From NCBI GenBank assembly GCA_032123335.1, contig JAQBFN010000020.1, positions 1 through 64,000 of the forward strand: a DNA stretch of 64,000 nucleotides. The letters run 5' to 3'. Positions 50,490-59,342 of this stretch are shown here, one piece after another. Under the pieces are notes generated by a model. The model was not told the origin of the DNA and made no database searches. It saw only the letters and a list, made by a program, of their open reading frames with translations. The stretch comes from Candidatus Micrarchaeota archaeon. GTDB taxonomy: Archaea > Micrarchaeota > Micrarchaeia > Anstonellales > Bilamarchaeaceae. Positions within the stretch are counted from its first letter, which is position 1, and every line of letters begins with the position of its first letter. The translations under genes were made by a program, and so were the position numbers.

Positions 50490-51356
50490 TTATTCGGAAG
50501 ATTTCTCTTCCGCTTTCTCTTCTTTAGGCTTAGCAGTTTCTTTCTTTTTTTCCGGAGTCTTTTTCTCTTCCTTTGCCTTTTCAATTGCTTTCTTTGCCCT
50601 CTCTTCCTCTCCGCCTTCCTTCTTCTTTTCCTCTCCTTTCTCTTCTGCCTTTTCCTCAGCTGCCTCTTCCTTTGGAGCTTCTTCTACAGGTTTCTTCTTT
50701 TCGGTTTCTTCCTCAAACTTTTCAAAGTAGTCCATCCTGTACTCAAACTCATTGTAGGACTTGATTTTCCCCTGGCTCATCATGAGCTCCCTTGTAAGAA
50801 GGTAGAACAAAATCGCGAGGCTTCTCCTTCCTTTGTTGTTTGCAGGCACAATCCAGTCCACAAATGCAGTGTTATTGTCAGTATCACAGAGCGCAACCAC
50901 AGGAACTCCGGTCATCGCAGCTTCCCTGATTGCTTCCCATTCACCCTTCGGGTCACATACAATAAGCAGCTTCGGCTCCCTGAAGTTCGGAAGGTTCACA
51001 TTGGTCATTGTCCCGGGCACAAACCTGCCCCTAAGGATTCCAACGCCCGTAAGCTTGGAGAACTTTTCCGCAGCATTCCCGGAGTAAAGCCTTGAAGCAA
51101 CCACAAGCACTTCTTCCGGCTTGTACTTTCCGATGAGTTTTGCCGCTTCCCTTAGCCTTTCATCAATCTTCCTCAAGTCCAGGATGTACAATCCATCATC
51201 CCTCATCTTGAAGACGAACTTCTTCATATCCGAAGTCTTGAACCTCGTCCCGATATGTATTCCCGTTTCCAGGTATTTTTCCTGTGGAATGAGGTATGAT
51301 GATTTTTCTTCTTCAACTTTTTCAGTTTTTTCTTCAACTTTTTCTTCGTCTGCCAT
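50490..51356 (-). CDS. rps2: 30S ribosomal protein S2 with Glu/Lys-rich tail
   Basis: GIHIGT, GRFVPGTMTN, ALCDTDN, PANNKGRRS. Confidence 0.97.
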   Translation of the reverse strand: MADEEKVEEKTEKVEEEKSSYLIPQEKYLETGIHIGTRFKTSDMKKFVFKMRDDGLYILDLRKIDERLREAAKLIGKYKPEEVLVVASRLYSGNAAEKFSKLTGVGILRGRFVPGTMTNVNLPNFREPKLLIVCDPKGEWEAIREAAMTGVPVVALCDTDNNTAFVDWIVPANNKGRRSLAILFYLLTRELMMSQGKIKSYNEFEYRMDYFEKFEEETEKKKPVEEAPKEEAAEEKAEEKGEEKKKEGGEEERAKKAIEKAKEEKKTPEKKKETAKPKEEKAEEKSSE

Positions 51357-51379
51357 TTTTCTCACCGTTTGAAAGATTT

Positions 51380-51452
51380 TGGGGCCGCCGAGATTTGAAC
51401 TCAGATAACATGCACCCCAAGCATGCAGGATACCAGGTTACCTTACGGCCCC
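51380..51452 (-). tRNA. tRNA-Pro(GGG)
   Basis: GGGGCCG/CGGCCCC acceptor, CATGC-TTGGGGT-GCATG anticodon arm; conserved position after rpoN. Confidence 0.93.
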
Positions 51453-51464
51453 AATTTAACTTCC

Positions 51465-51662
51465 TCACATTTTTCTGTACTTTTTGATTGCCTCCATGCC
51501 GTCTACGTGCCCCAGGAACATTCTCCTGCAACAGTATCTGTCTACTCCCAGTTCATCGAGTATCTCGACAGCGGGTTTGTTTGCTTCAAGCCCGGCCGTA
51601 TACTTCTCGTACAGGTCGCCAATCACGGCGCCGCACGTAAAACACCTTACTGGAAATTCCAT
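51465..51662 (-). CDS. rpoN: RNA polymerase subunit Rpo10 (N)
   Basis: PVRCFTCG, RYCCRRM. Confidence 0.97.
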   Translation of the reverse strand: MEFPVRCFTCGAVIGDLYEKYTAGLEANKPAVEILDELGVDRYCCRRMFLGHVDGMEAIKKYRKM

Positions 51663-51666
51663 AGTT

Positions 51667-52311
51667 TCACCTGTATGATTTCTGGTTTCTCGCCCTAGCC
51701 TTGGGCCCCATGTACTTCTTGGGCTCAACCCTCCTCGGGTCTTCCCTCAGGAGGTAAGTGTCATCTTCCTTGTACTTTGCAATAACACTTTCTCCGAAGT
51801 ACTGCGCGAGAGCTTTCGCAATAGCGGTCCTGCAGGCCTGTGCCTGCCCCATTTCTCCGCCTCCGTGCACCTTCACGCTCACATCAACACTGAGCCCGTC
51901 CGGACCAATGAGCGCGAGCGGCTCAGCAACAATGCTCTTGAAATATTTATTCCCGAATGAAGAAACGAGCTTGCTGTTTACCCTGATTCTCCCGGAGCCT
52001 TCCCTTACGGTCGCCCTTGCAATCGATCTCTTCCTCTTTCCCCTTGAGTGCTCAACACGAACACTTTTCTTTTTCTTCTTGGATTTCCTTGCCTTCTTTG
52101 GCTTGGGGGCTTCCTTTTTGGGCTCCTCTTTTTTCACTTCAGGCTTAGGTGCCTCCGGCTTCTTTGCTTCAACTTCCCTGGGCGCATCAACCTTCCTCTC
52201 TTCCTTTTTGGGCTCCTCCTTTCTAGGAGCATCTTCCATCTTAGGTGCAGCCTTCTTCTTTGTTTTATTCCTGGCCGGAGCCTTCTTTTTTGTTTCTTTC
52301 TTTTCTGCCAT
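51667..52311 (-). CDS. rps9: 30S ribosomal protein S9 with long N-terminal extension
   Basis: GKRKRSIARA, GGGEMGQAQA, QKSYR. Confidence 0.96.
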   Translation of the reverse strand: MAEKKETKKKAPARNKTKKKAAPKMEDAPRKEEPKKEERKVDAPREVEAKKPEAPKPEVKKEEPKKEAPKPKKARKSKKKKKSVRVEHSRGKRKRSIARATVREGSGRIRVNSKLVSSFGNKYFKSIVAEPLALIGPDGLSVDVSVKVHGGGEMGQAQACRTAIAKALAQYFGESVIAKYKEDDTYLLREDPRRVEPKKYMGPKARARNQKSYR

Positions 52312-52316
52312 AATCA

Positions 52317-52739
52317 TCACCTGGACTCGTATCCGAGCAGCTTGCAGAGGTCTTTCACCTTTATGTACTTGGTGAGCGTTCCTACATCAGCACCGTCAAT
52401 CCTTATGGGCTCTCCCTTTACATCCGCAGGCTTGCCCATGTAAACCCTGAGCTTCTTGTACGCATTCCTGCCGGTTGCTTTCTTCCTTGGAAGCATTCCC
52501 CTGATTAATCTCTTCACGAACCTGTCCGGCACCTTTGGCCAGTACGGGCTCTTCTCGGGGTTTCCCTTGAACTGGAGCTGCCTCCTGTGAATGTACTTAT
52601 CCACAATCTTCTGCGGCTGCCCCGAAATAACCGATTCCTCCGCATTGATTACCTGGATTTCCTCACCTTCAATAAGCTTTTTCGCCACAAAGGTTCCAAC
52701 CCTTCCGATTCTTGCGTTTCCAGCGTCTATTACTATCAT
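52317..52739 (-). CDS. rpl13: 50S ribosomal protein L13
   Basis: VIDA...GR, INAE, IRGMLP. Confidence 0.95.
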   Translation of the reverse strand: MIVIDAGNARIGRVGTFVAKKLIEGEEIQVINAEESVISGQPQKIVDKYIHRRQLQFKGNPEKSPYWPKVPDRFVKRLIRGMLPRKKATGRNAYKKLRVYMGKPADVKGEPIRIDGADVGTLTKYIKVKDLCKLLGYESR

Positions 52740-52748
52740 GATAATCAC

Positions 52749-53096
52749 CTACACAAGTATCCTCACATTTTTCCCTTCCGGGTTCGCCTTCATGAGCTCT
52801 TCAATGCTCAACAGCTTTCCGCCATTCTTCTCAATGAGCGCCTTTGCACTTCCGCTGAAAGAGAACGCTGCAACATCAACCTTCTTTGTAAGGTATCCAG
52901 CACCCAGCAATTTCCCGGGCACAAGGACGGTTTCCCCATCGTTCACATATTCTTCCAGCTTGCTAACGTTGACTGCGGGCCTCCTTCTTGTAGGCTTGGA
53001 CAGCTCTCGCGCTACCTTTTTCCAGATTTCCTTGTCAGCTTTCTTGAGCTCATATATGAGACCCAGTAGCTTCTTGTTTTCTATTCCGCTTTTCAT
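52749..53096 (-). CDS. rpl18e: 50S ribosomal protein L18e
   Basis: VNVSKL, VPGKLLGAG, FSFSGSA. Confidence 0.95.
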   Translation of the reverse strand: MKSGIENKKLLGLIYELKKADKEIWKKVARELSKPTRRRPAVNVSKLEEYVNDGETVLVPGKLLGAGYLTKKVDVAAFSFSGSAKALIEKNGGKLLSIEELMKANPEGKNVRILV

Positions 53097-53172
53097 CTAA
53101 AACACCTTCGCCTTTCGGCTCGCCCCATCCGGGACTGAAATGAGTGTTGCTCTATATTACTATAAGAAAAGT

Positions 53173-53517
53173 TTATAAGTTCTTCTGAAGCTTCCCTCGA
53201 GCCCTAGCCTTCCTGATTTCCGGCCTCTTCACCTTTGGCTTCGGCATCCTTTTAGGGTCCATCATTGACCTTTTCTCAGGAAACATCTTCTTTGCTCCAA
53301 CTTCCACCAATTCAAATTCACTCCCAGGCTTTGCCTTAACCTCTTCATCTTCCCACTCCTCACTCGGCACGGGAGACCCCCTATACTCTGGCTCCTCCTT
53401 TTTCGGAGGCTTAAGATCCAAAGGCGCAAAAAGCACCTTGAGCTTCTCATCAATCCCCCTAAGAATAGCATTTAGCGTGAACCTCCCTCCCGGTAGCTCC
53501 ATCTTTGGCAGTGCCAT
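53173..53517 (-). CDS. Hypothetical protein
   Basis: 114-aa charged ORF with GGAG upstream. Confidence 0.45.
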   Translation of the reverse strand: MALPKMELPGGRFTLNAILRGIDEKLKVLFAPLDLKPPKKEEPEYRGSPVPSEEWEDEEVKAKPGSEFELVEVGAKKMFPEKRSMMDPKRMPKPKVKRPEIRKARARGKLQKNL

Positions 53518-53602
53518 TACTCCTGAGTTATGCAGAAGAAAATTTAAACTAAACCCCTGTTTCCCCTTCCCCCTCGGGCTCCCCCATCCCCTCAGTTATA
53601 TT

Positions 53603-53623
53603 TTTAAACCTTTTTGGTTTAAA
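53603..53623. promoter_or_regulatory. Palindromic operator TTTAAACC-N5-GGTTTAAA
   Basis: Perfect 8-bp inverted repeat 10 nt upstream of Lrp/AsnC start. Confidence 0.65.
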
Positions 53624-53633
53624 TTATGTCCAC

Positions 53634-54050
53634 ATGCTTGATACAACGGATATGCGCATATTGCACATGCTCCTGAAGAATGCCAAGGTTTCCCTTGCAG
53701 AGGTAGGCAAGGAGATAGGGATCTCCCAGCCCGCAGCCCGCAAGCGCTTAGAAAAACTCAAGAAAAAAGGCATAGTACTAGGAAGCACAGTAACCCTGAA
53801 CGAGCGCAGGATTGGATGGGAGCGCGCCCTCCTCGCGCTGGCTATCTCCAAATTCAACTACCTCAAAACCCTGGACGCAATCCAATCCACCCCCATGGTA
53901 ACTGCAGTCTACACAACCACTGGTCCCTACACCCTCGCAGTAGAGGTGCTCGGCCCAGTCGGCATCATAAAGGAAGTTACAAAGCACATTTCCAAAATAA
54001 AAGGGGTAAACGAGCTCTGCCCTATCACGTTCGTAGAAAAAATCAAATAG
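53634..54050 (+). CDS. Lrp/AsnC family transcriptional regulator
   Basis: LDTTDMRIL...SLAEVGKEIGISQPAARKRL; YTTTGPY RAM domain. Confidence 0.9.
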   Translation: MLDTTDMRILHMLLKNAKVSLAEVGKEIGISQPAARKRLEKLKKKGIVLGSTVTLNERRIGWERALLALAISKFNYLKTLDAIQSTPMVTAVYTTTGPYTLAVEVLGPVGIIKEVTKHISKIKGVNELCPITFVEKIK

Positions 54051-54060
54051 GTGAAAGCAA

Positions 54061-54555
54061 ATGAAGGAGATCTCAATAGAAAACCTGGTGGAGTTGGCAA
54101 AAAAGCTTAATCAAGAAGGAAAGAAGTGGCATTTCCATATGCTCACTCCGGATTGCGTTTTCAACAAGAGAAAAGACAAGTATGCAGTTGTCCTGGAAAA
54201 CGACACCGACCGGGAGACCTATACTGTCTATTCGTACAAGCGCCACATGGGCACGTGCGAAGAGCTTGCCAAGCTCCTCTATGGAAAAGCAATCCTGGAA
54301 AAGGAAGCCCACCCCACCCCTCCGGGCAAAGGCATGAAGTCCATCCTGGAAAAAGCAGCCCGGATGACCAAGGACGGCCTTCCATGGCACCACCATATAC
54401 TTTTCCCGAACTGCATCTTCAACAAGCACAAGGGCAAATGGACCATTATCTTTGAAGACAGCGAAGAAGGGAAGGCCATGGAATCGGTTACCGTGCATGA
54501 ACCGCTGGATGATGTAAAGAAGATAGAAATACTCTATTACTCGCAGAAAAGATGA
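54061..54555 (+). CDS. Hypothetical protein with internally duplicated His/Cys domain
   Basis: WHFHMLTPDCVFNK and WHHHILFPNCIFNK. Confidence 0.75.
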   Translation: MKEISIENLVELAKKLNQEGKKWHFHMLTPDCVFNKRKDKYAVVLENDTDRETYTVYSYKRHMGTCEELAKLLYGKAILEKEAHPTPPGKGMKSILEKAARMTKDGLPWHHHILFPNCIFNKHKGKWTIIFEDSEEGKAMESVTVHEPLDDVKKIEILYYSQKR

Positions 54556-54565
54556 GGGGAAATAT

Positions 54566-55780
54566 ATGCTTAACACAGAAGAAATCCGCAAAGATTTTCC
54601 TATTCTTGAGCGCAAAATAAACGGCCACCCGCTCGTTTACCTGGACAATGGCGCAACCTCCCAGAAGCCCATCCAGGTAATCAATTCAATTGTGGATTAC
54701 TACGAAAACCACAACGCAAATGTGCACCGCGGAGTGCACACCCTGAGCGCAGAAGCCACAGAAATGTACGAAGAAGCCCGCAAAAAGGTTGCCAAGTTCA
54801 TAAACGCGGAACCCGAGGAAATAATCTTCACAAAGAATGCTTCCGAAGCCATCAATATGGTAATGTATACATATGGGGAGCAGAACATTTCTGCGGGGGA
54901 CACCATTACAACAAGCATAATGGAGCACCACTCAGGTTTTATTCCCTGGCAGGCCCTCGCCAAGAAAAAGAGCGCAACGCTTTCCATAATGAACGTAACC
55001 AGGGAAGGGGAGATCCCCGAATCCGAATACTCCAAGATCCAGGGCGCAAAGCTCACCTCCATTGTGCACGCTTCCAATGTTCTTGGTACCATAAACCCAG
55101 TAAAGGAATTCGCAAAGCTTGCCCACGAAAACGATGGCATAATTTTAGTGGATGGTTCCCAATCCGTTCCACACCTCTCCGTAGATGTGAAGGATTTGGA
55201 TTGCGATTTTTTTGCATTCACGGGCCACAAGATGCTCGGCCCCACAGGCATAGGAGTGCTTTACGGAAAGAAGGAGCTGCTTGAGAAAATGCCCCCATTC
55301 CTATATGGGGGGGAGATGGTTGTTGATGCAAAAGTCGAAGGGTGCAAATGGAACGAAATCCCGCACAAATTCGAAGCAGGGACCCCCAACATGGCCGGCA
55401 CAGTAGGCCTCGGTGCAGCAATCGACTACCTAACTAAACTCGGAATGGAGAATGTGCGCGCCCACGAAATCGAGCTCCTGGACTACGCAACAAAGGCCCT
55501 CCTTGAAATTGAGGGTTTGGAGCTCTACGGCCCCAAGGACCCGCACAAAAGAACCGGAATCCTCACTTTCAATATCCCGGGGCTTTCCTCCATAGACCTC
55601 TCCTCTTTCATGGACGAGTATGGTTTCGCAATCCGCTCAGGATTCCACTGCGCCCAGCCCGTGCACGAAGCCCTCGGGATTCTCCCATCCGCCCGCATTT
55701 CTTTCTACATCTATAACACAAAGGAGGAAATCGATGCATTAATCCCCAGGATAAATGAAGTAAGAAGGGTGATATCATGA
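54566..55780 (+). CDS. sufS: Cysteine desulfurase SufS
   Basis: YLDNGATSQKP, TGHKMLGPTG, FEAGTP, RSGFHCAQP. Confidence 0.96.
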   Translation: MLNTEEIRKDFPILERKINGHPLVYLDNGATSQKPIQVINSIVDYYENHNANVHRGVHTLSAEATEMYEEARKKVAKFINAEPEEIIFTKNASEAINMVMYTYGEQNISAGDTITTSIMEHHSGFIPWQALAKKKSATLSIMNVTREGEIPESEYSKIQGAKLTSIVHASNVLGTINPVKEFAKLAHENDGIILVDGSQSVPHLSVDVKDLDCDFFAFTGHKMLGPTGIGVLYGKKELLEKMPPFLYGGEMVVDAKVEGCKWNEIPHKFEAGTPNMAGTVGLGAAIDYLTKLGMENVRAHEIELLDYATKALLEIEGLELYGPKDPHKRTGILTFNIPGLSSIDLSSFMDEYGFAIRSGFHCAQPVHEALGILPSARISFYIYNTKEEIDALIPRINEVRRVIS

Positions 55781-56235
55781 GCGAAAACAGGTACCAGAAG
55801 TTCGTAGAGCTGTTCAAAAATCCGTTAAACCGAAGGGAAATGGAAAACCCTGACGTAACCCATGAAGGGCGGAACACCTGTGGGGACACCCTTATGGTCT
55901 TCCTCAAAATAGATGACGGAAGAATAGAAGATATTTCCTACCAGGGAGCCTTCTGCGCATTCAGCAATGCTTCTGCCTCCCAGGTAACCGAGTTCATAAA
56001 AGGACTGACCCTGGACGAAGTCCTTGCAATAGACAACCCCAAGCTTTTCGAGCTGATTGGGGATGATTTAAGCGATAACTCCCACAGGCTGAGTTGCATC
56101 CTCTTCCCACTGAACACGGTAAAACAAGCCTGCGAAAAATACAAGCAAAATGGTCCGGATAAAACTCCCAAAAAACTAAGCAAGGATATTGATTGCCACT
56201 GCGATGAGCACAATGCAGAGCTGGGAATCCAGTAG
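55777..56235 (+). CDS. sufU: SufU/IscU-like scaffold or sulfur acceptor
   Basis: NTCGD, FCAFSNASAS, RLSC; ATGA overlap with sufS. Confidence 0.88.
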   Translation: MSENRYQKFVELFKNPLNRREMENPDVTHEGRNTCGDTLMVFLKIDDGRIEDISYQGAFCAFSNASASQVTEFIKGLTLDEVLAIDNPKLFELIGDDLSDNSHRLSCILFPLNTVKQACEKYKQNGPDKTPKKLSKDIDCHCDEHNAELGIQ

Positions 56236-56273
56236 CGGAAATACTTATAAATCATGTCTGAGTTTCAGTGAGC

Positions 56274-57656
56274 ATGAAAGTAACTTTTTGCGGTGCAGCC
56301 GGGATAGTCACAGGCTCCTGCTATCTAATCGAATCCGGAAACAAAAAGATCCTGGTGGACTGTGGCATGTTCCAGGGCCCCAAGGATATCACGCGCATGA
56401 ATTACCTTCCTTTTAAGTTTGACCCAAAAAGCATTTCATGCGTGCTCCTTACGCATGCGCATATTGACCATTCCGGGCTCATCCCCAAGCTCTTCAGGAA
56501 AGGCTTTAGGGGAAAGGTGCTCTGCACAGCCCCCACCAAGGATTTGTCCAGGATCATGCTCGAGGATTCAGCATACATAAATGAAAAGGATGTTGAAGAT
56601 GAAAACCGGAGGAGGAAACGAGAGGGGCTCGCGCTCCGTGAACCCCTCTTTACCATGGCTGACGCTAAGAAATCCCTTCGTCTCTTTTCTTCGGTAAATT
56701 ACGGGCGCAGAATAAAAATCGCTGAGGGAATAAGTGCAACGTTCAGGGATGCCGGCCACATACTTGGCTCCTCAATCATTGAGCTTTTTGTTGAGGAGAA
56801 AGGGAGGAAGACTAAGTTGGTATTTTCTGGAGACCTTGGGCAGTGGGACGTCCCAATTGTCCGGGACCCAACCATAATACAAGAGGCAGATTACCTCTTT
56901 CTTGAATCAACCTATGGAGATAGGAGCAGGGAGAATTTTGAGGAGAAGGAGAAGGCACTGCATGATGCAATAAAGAAAACTTTCAAGAGAGGAGGCAAAC
57001 TTATGATTCCTTCTTTTGCTGTTGAGAGGACTCAGGAACTTCTTTATTTTATTCACCGGCTCATAAAAAAGGGAAAATTTCCAAAAGAGAGGGTTTTCCT
57101 GGACAGCCCCCTAGCAATCAAGGCAACAGAGGTGTTCAGAAAACATGGTGCATTTTATGATGAAGAAACCAAACGTTCTTTTGCCACTCCATTTACTTTT
57201 GCCCGGTTGGAGAATTTAGTTACTGGCAGGGATTCAATGAAGCTCAACAATTATCCAGGCCCTTGCATCATCATAGCCGGAAGCGGCATGTGCACAGGAG
57301 GAAGAATAAGGCATCACTTGAAACATCACCTCTGGGAACCTGAAAATACCCTGCTTTTTATCGGGTACCAGGCTGAGGGCACACTTGGAAGGCGTATTCT
57401 GGATGGTGCAGAGTATGTCCATATGATGGGAGTAAAAGTAGCAGTAAAAGCAGAGGTTGAGAGAATAGAGGGTTTTTCCGCCCATGCTGATTCGGAAGAG
57501 CTGCTCCGCTGGGCAGATGGTTTTGAGGCAAAGCCCAGGAAGGTTTTTGTGGTGCATGGGGATATGGATGCTTCAACTGCTTTGGCCAAACGGCTCAACT
57601 CCCTGGGCTATAAAACACATATTCCAAAAATCGGGGAAACTGTTGAGCTCAAATAG
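56274..57656 (+). CDS. MBL-fold beta-CASP ribonuclease
   Basis: THAHIDHSG, AGHILGS, SGDLG, ESTYG, FSAHAD, VVHG. Confidence 0.92.
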   Translation: MKVTFCGAAGIVTGSCYLIESGNKKILVDCGMFQGPKDITRMNYLPFKFDPKSISCVLLTHAHIDHSGLIPKLFRKGFRGKVLCTAPTKDLSRIMLEDSAYINEKDVEDENRRRKREGLALREPLFTMADAKKSLRLFSSVNYGRRIKIAEGISATFRDAGHILGSSIIELFVEEKGRKTKLVFSGDLGQWDVPIVRDPTIIQEADYLFLESTYGDRSRENFEEKEKALHDAIKKTFKRGGKLMIPSFAVERTQELLYFIHRLIKKGKFPKERVFLDSPLAIKATEVFRKHGAFYDEETKRSFATPFTFARLENLVTGRDSMKLNNYPGPCIIIAGSGMCTGGRIRHHLKHHLWEPENTLLFIGYQAEGTLGRRILDGAEYVHMMGVKVAVKAEVERIEGFSAHADSEELLRWADGFEAKPRKVFVVHGDMDASTALAKRLNSLGYKTHIPKIGETVELK

Positions 57657-57768
57657 TGCGGCTTCCCACTCCACACCAATATTGTTTTCTGAATATTTTT
57701 TCCTGTTCCGCAATGTTTCTTCACAGCATTCCGTGCTACTGTTCAACTGAAAACAAAGAGCTTGGAAT

Positions 57769-58254
57769 CTATCTGGCAACAATTCTATTTCCAATTGATT
57801 TGAGGTTTCCAACATTATCTGCCCGTGGCGTTCCTTTTTTGGGTTTTGGAATCCGAAGATTTCCTTTTTCAGCGGGAGGCCTGCTCTTCCTTGCTTCCAG
57901 GGCCTTGAGGGCAATGGGTGCTACATATGGGAGGTCGCTTTCCGTAATGCTCTTCAACTCGGAATCGATTCCCTTGCCATCCAGCCCCTCAACCGCCTTT
58001 ATTGCCTCCTTTTGAAGCCCCATCTCTGGGCTGCGCAGCAGTTTTTTAAGGAGCCTCAGTGCTTTGTTGCTGCCCATGTGTTTCAGGGTGTCGATTGCAA
58101 GCGTTTTTTCCCAGTATCCGCCATCTTCCAAAACCTTTGCAAGCCCGGGAATTGCTTTGTCCTCCATTGCGGCAATCAAATTCACTTCTCCAGATCTAAT
58201 TAGGTCATACACTTCAATCCGAGCCAGGTATTTAGCCTGTTCTCCGCCTCCCAT
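57769..58254 (-). CDS. HEAT-repeat hypothetical protein
   Basis: KAIPGLAKVLED, KALRLLKKLL repeats. Confidence 0.6.
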   Translation of the reverse strand: MGGGEQAKYLARIEVYDLIRSGEVNLIAAMEDKAIPGLAKVLEDGGYWEKTLAIDTLKHMGSNKALRLLKKLLRSPEMGLQKEAIKAVEGLDGKGIDSELKSITESDLPYVAPIALKALEARKSRPPAEKGNLRIPKPKKGTPRADNVGNLKSIGNRIVAR

Positions 58255-58307
58255 GTTACTCTATTATGGAATATTATGTATAAAAATGTGCCATATATCC
58301 ACTTTCT

Positions 58308-58345
58308 GTGCAATAATTATATAAACATTAATTCAGTACCTGCAC
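58308..58345 (+). promoter_or_regulatory. pta promoter: GTGCA-N28-TGCAC enclosing TATA box
   Basis: GTGCAATAATTATATAAACATTAATTCAGTACCTGCAC; second copy at 62842-62879. Confidence 0.75.
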
Positions 58346-58346
58346 C

Positions 58347-59342
58347 ATGAGTTTGATTTCCAGATTCAAGAAAACTGCCTGGAAGAAGTGCAGGATGGTC
58401 CTTCCCGAGGGGGAAGACCCCCGTGTCCTTGAAGCCGCCATAAAGGCGAAGAAGCTCAAGATTGCCGATCCATTCTTTGTTGGAAACAAAAAGGAAATAG
58501 AAAAAACAGCAAAAAGGCTCAAAGTTTCCCTCAAAGGCTTCGAAATAATCGACACCTCCTCAGGAATCCCCGAAAAATATATTGTTGCCTACCGCAAAGT
58601 GCGCAAAGCGCCCCCCGCTCTCGCAAATCGTATCCTCTCCAACCCACTCTTCCTCGCTTCCCTCATGGTAAAGATGGGTGAAGCAGATGCAATGGTTGCA
58701 GGCGCAGTTTCCTCTTCCGCAGATGTAATCACCGCTGCCACTGGAATAATCGGACTGCGCAAGGGGGTCTCCGTTCCCTCAAGCTTCTTCATAATGGAAA
58801 TCCCAAACCCCAAAGTAGGTGAAAACGGCCTCCTCCTTTTTGCAGATTCTTCTGTAAACATTGAACTAACTCCGGAGCAGATGGCGGATGTTGCAATCAC
58901 CACTGCCCAAACCGCCAAAGAGCTCATGAATTGGACCCCCCGCGCTGCAATGCTTTCTTTCTCCACGAAAGGAAGCTCCATTCACCCGCGTGCAGACAAG
59001 GTAATCGAAGCCACAAAAATCGCAAACAAAAAAGCCCCCAAATTATACATCGACGGTGAAATGCAGGGCGATTCCGCCCTTGTTCCCTCCACCGCAAAAA
59101 AGAAAATAAAGGGTAAGCTCGGGCCAGTTGCAGGCCGCGCCAATATCCTCATATTCCCGGACCTTGACTCAGGAAACATCACCTACAAGCTTACTCAGTG
59201 TCTCGGTGGCGCAAACGCCTACGGCCCCATTCTCCAGGGCTTCCAAAAACCTGTTTCCGACCTTTCCAGAGGCGCCAAAACTGAAGACATTCTAGGCTCA
59301 ATAGCTATCCTGAGTACCTGGGCAAAAAGGGTGAAAAAATGA
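58347..59342 (+). CDS. pta: Phosphate acetyltransferase
   Basis: LPEGEDPRV, AMLSFSTKGS, DGEMQGD, FPDLDSGNI, DLSRG. Confidence 0.95.
   Translation: MSLISRFKKTAWKKCRMVLPEGEDPRVLEAAIKAKKLKIADPFFVGNKKEIEKTAKRLKVSLKGFEIIDTSSGIPEKYIVAYRKVRKAPPALANRILSNPLFLASLMVKMGEADAMVAGAVSSSADVITAATGIIGLRKGVSVPSSFFIMEIPNPKVGENGLLLFADSSVNIELTPEQMADVAITTAQTAKELMNWTPRAAMLSFSTKGSSIHPRADKVIEATKIANKKAPKLYIDGEMQGDSALVPSTAKKKIKGKLGPVAGRANILIFPDLDSGNITYKLTQCLGGANAYGPILQGFQKPVSDLSRGAKTEDILGSIAILSTWAKRVKK

Noticed and set aside
51663..51728. Extended rpoN N-terminus
   Set aside because: Overlaps rps9; conserved start MEFPVRC at 51662 follows AGGTGA
57656..58015. 119-aa plus-strand ORF after the beta-CASP gene
   Set aside because: Overlaps the more plausible minus-strand HEAT-repeat gene and has no motifs
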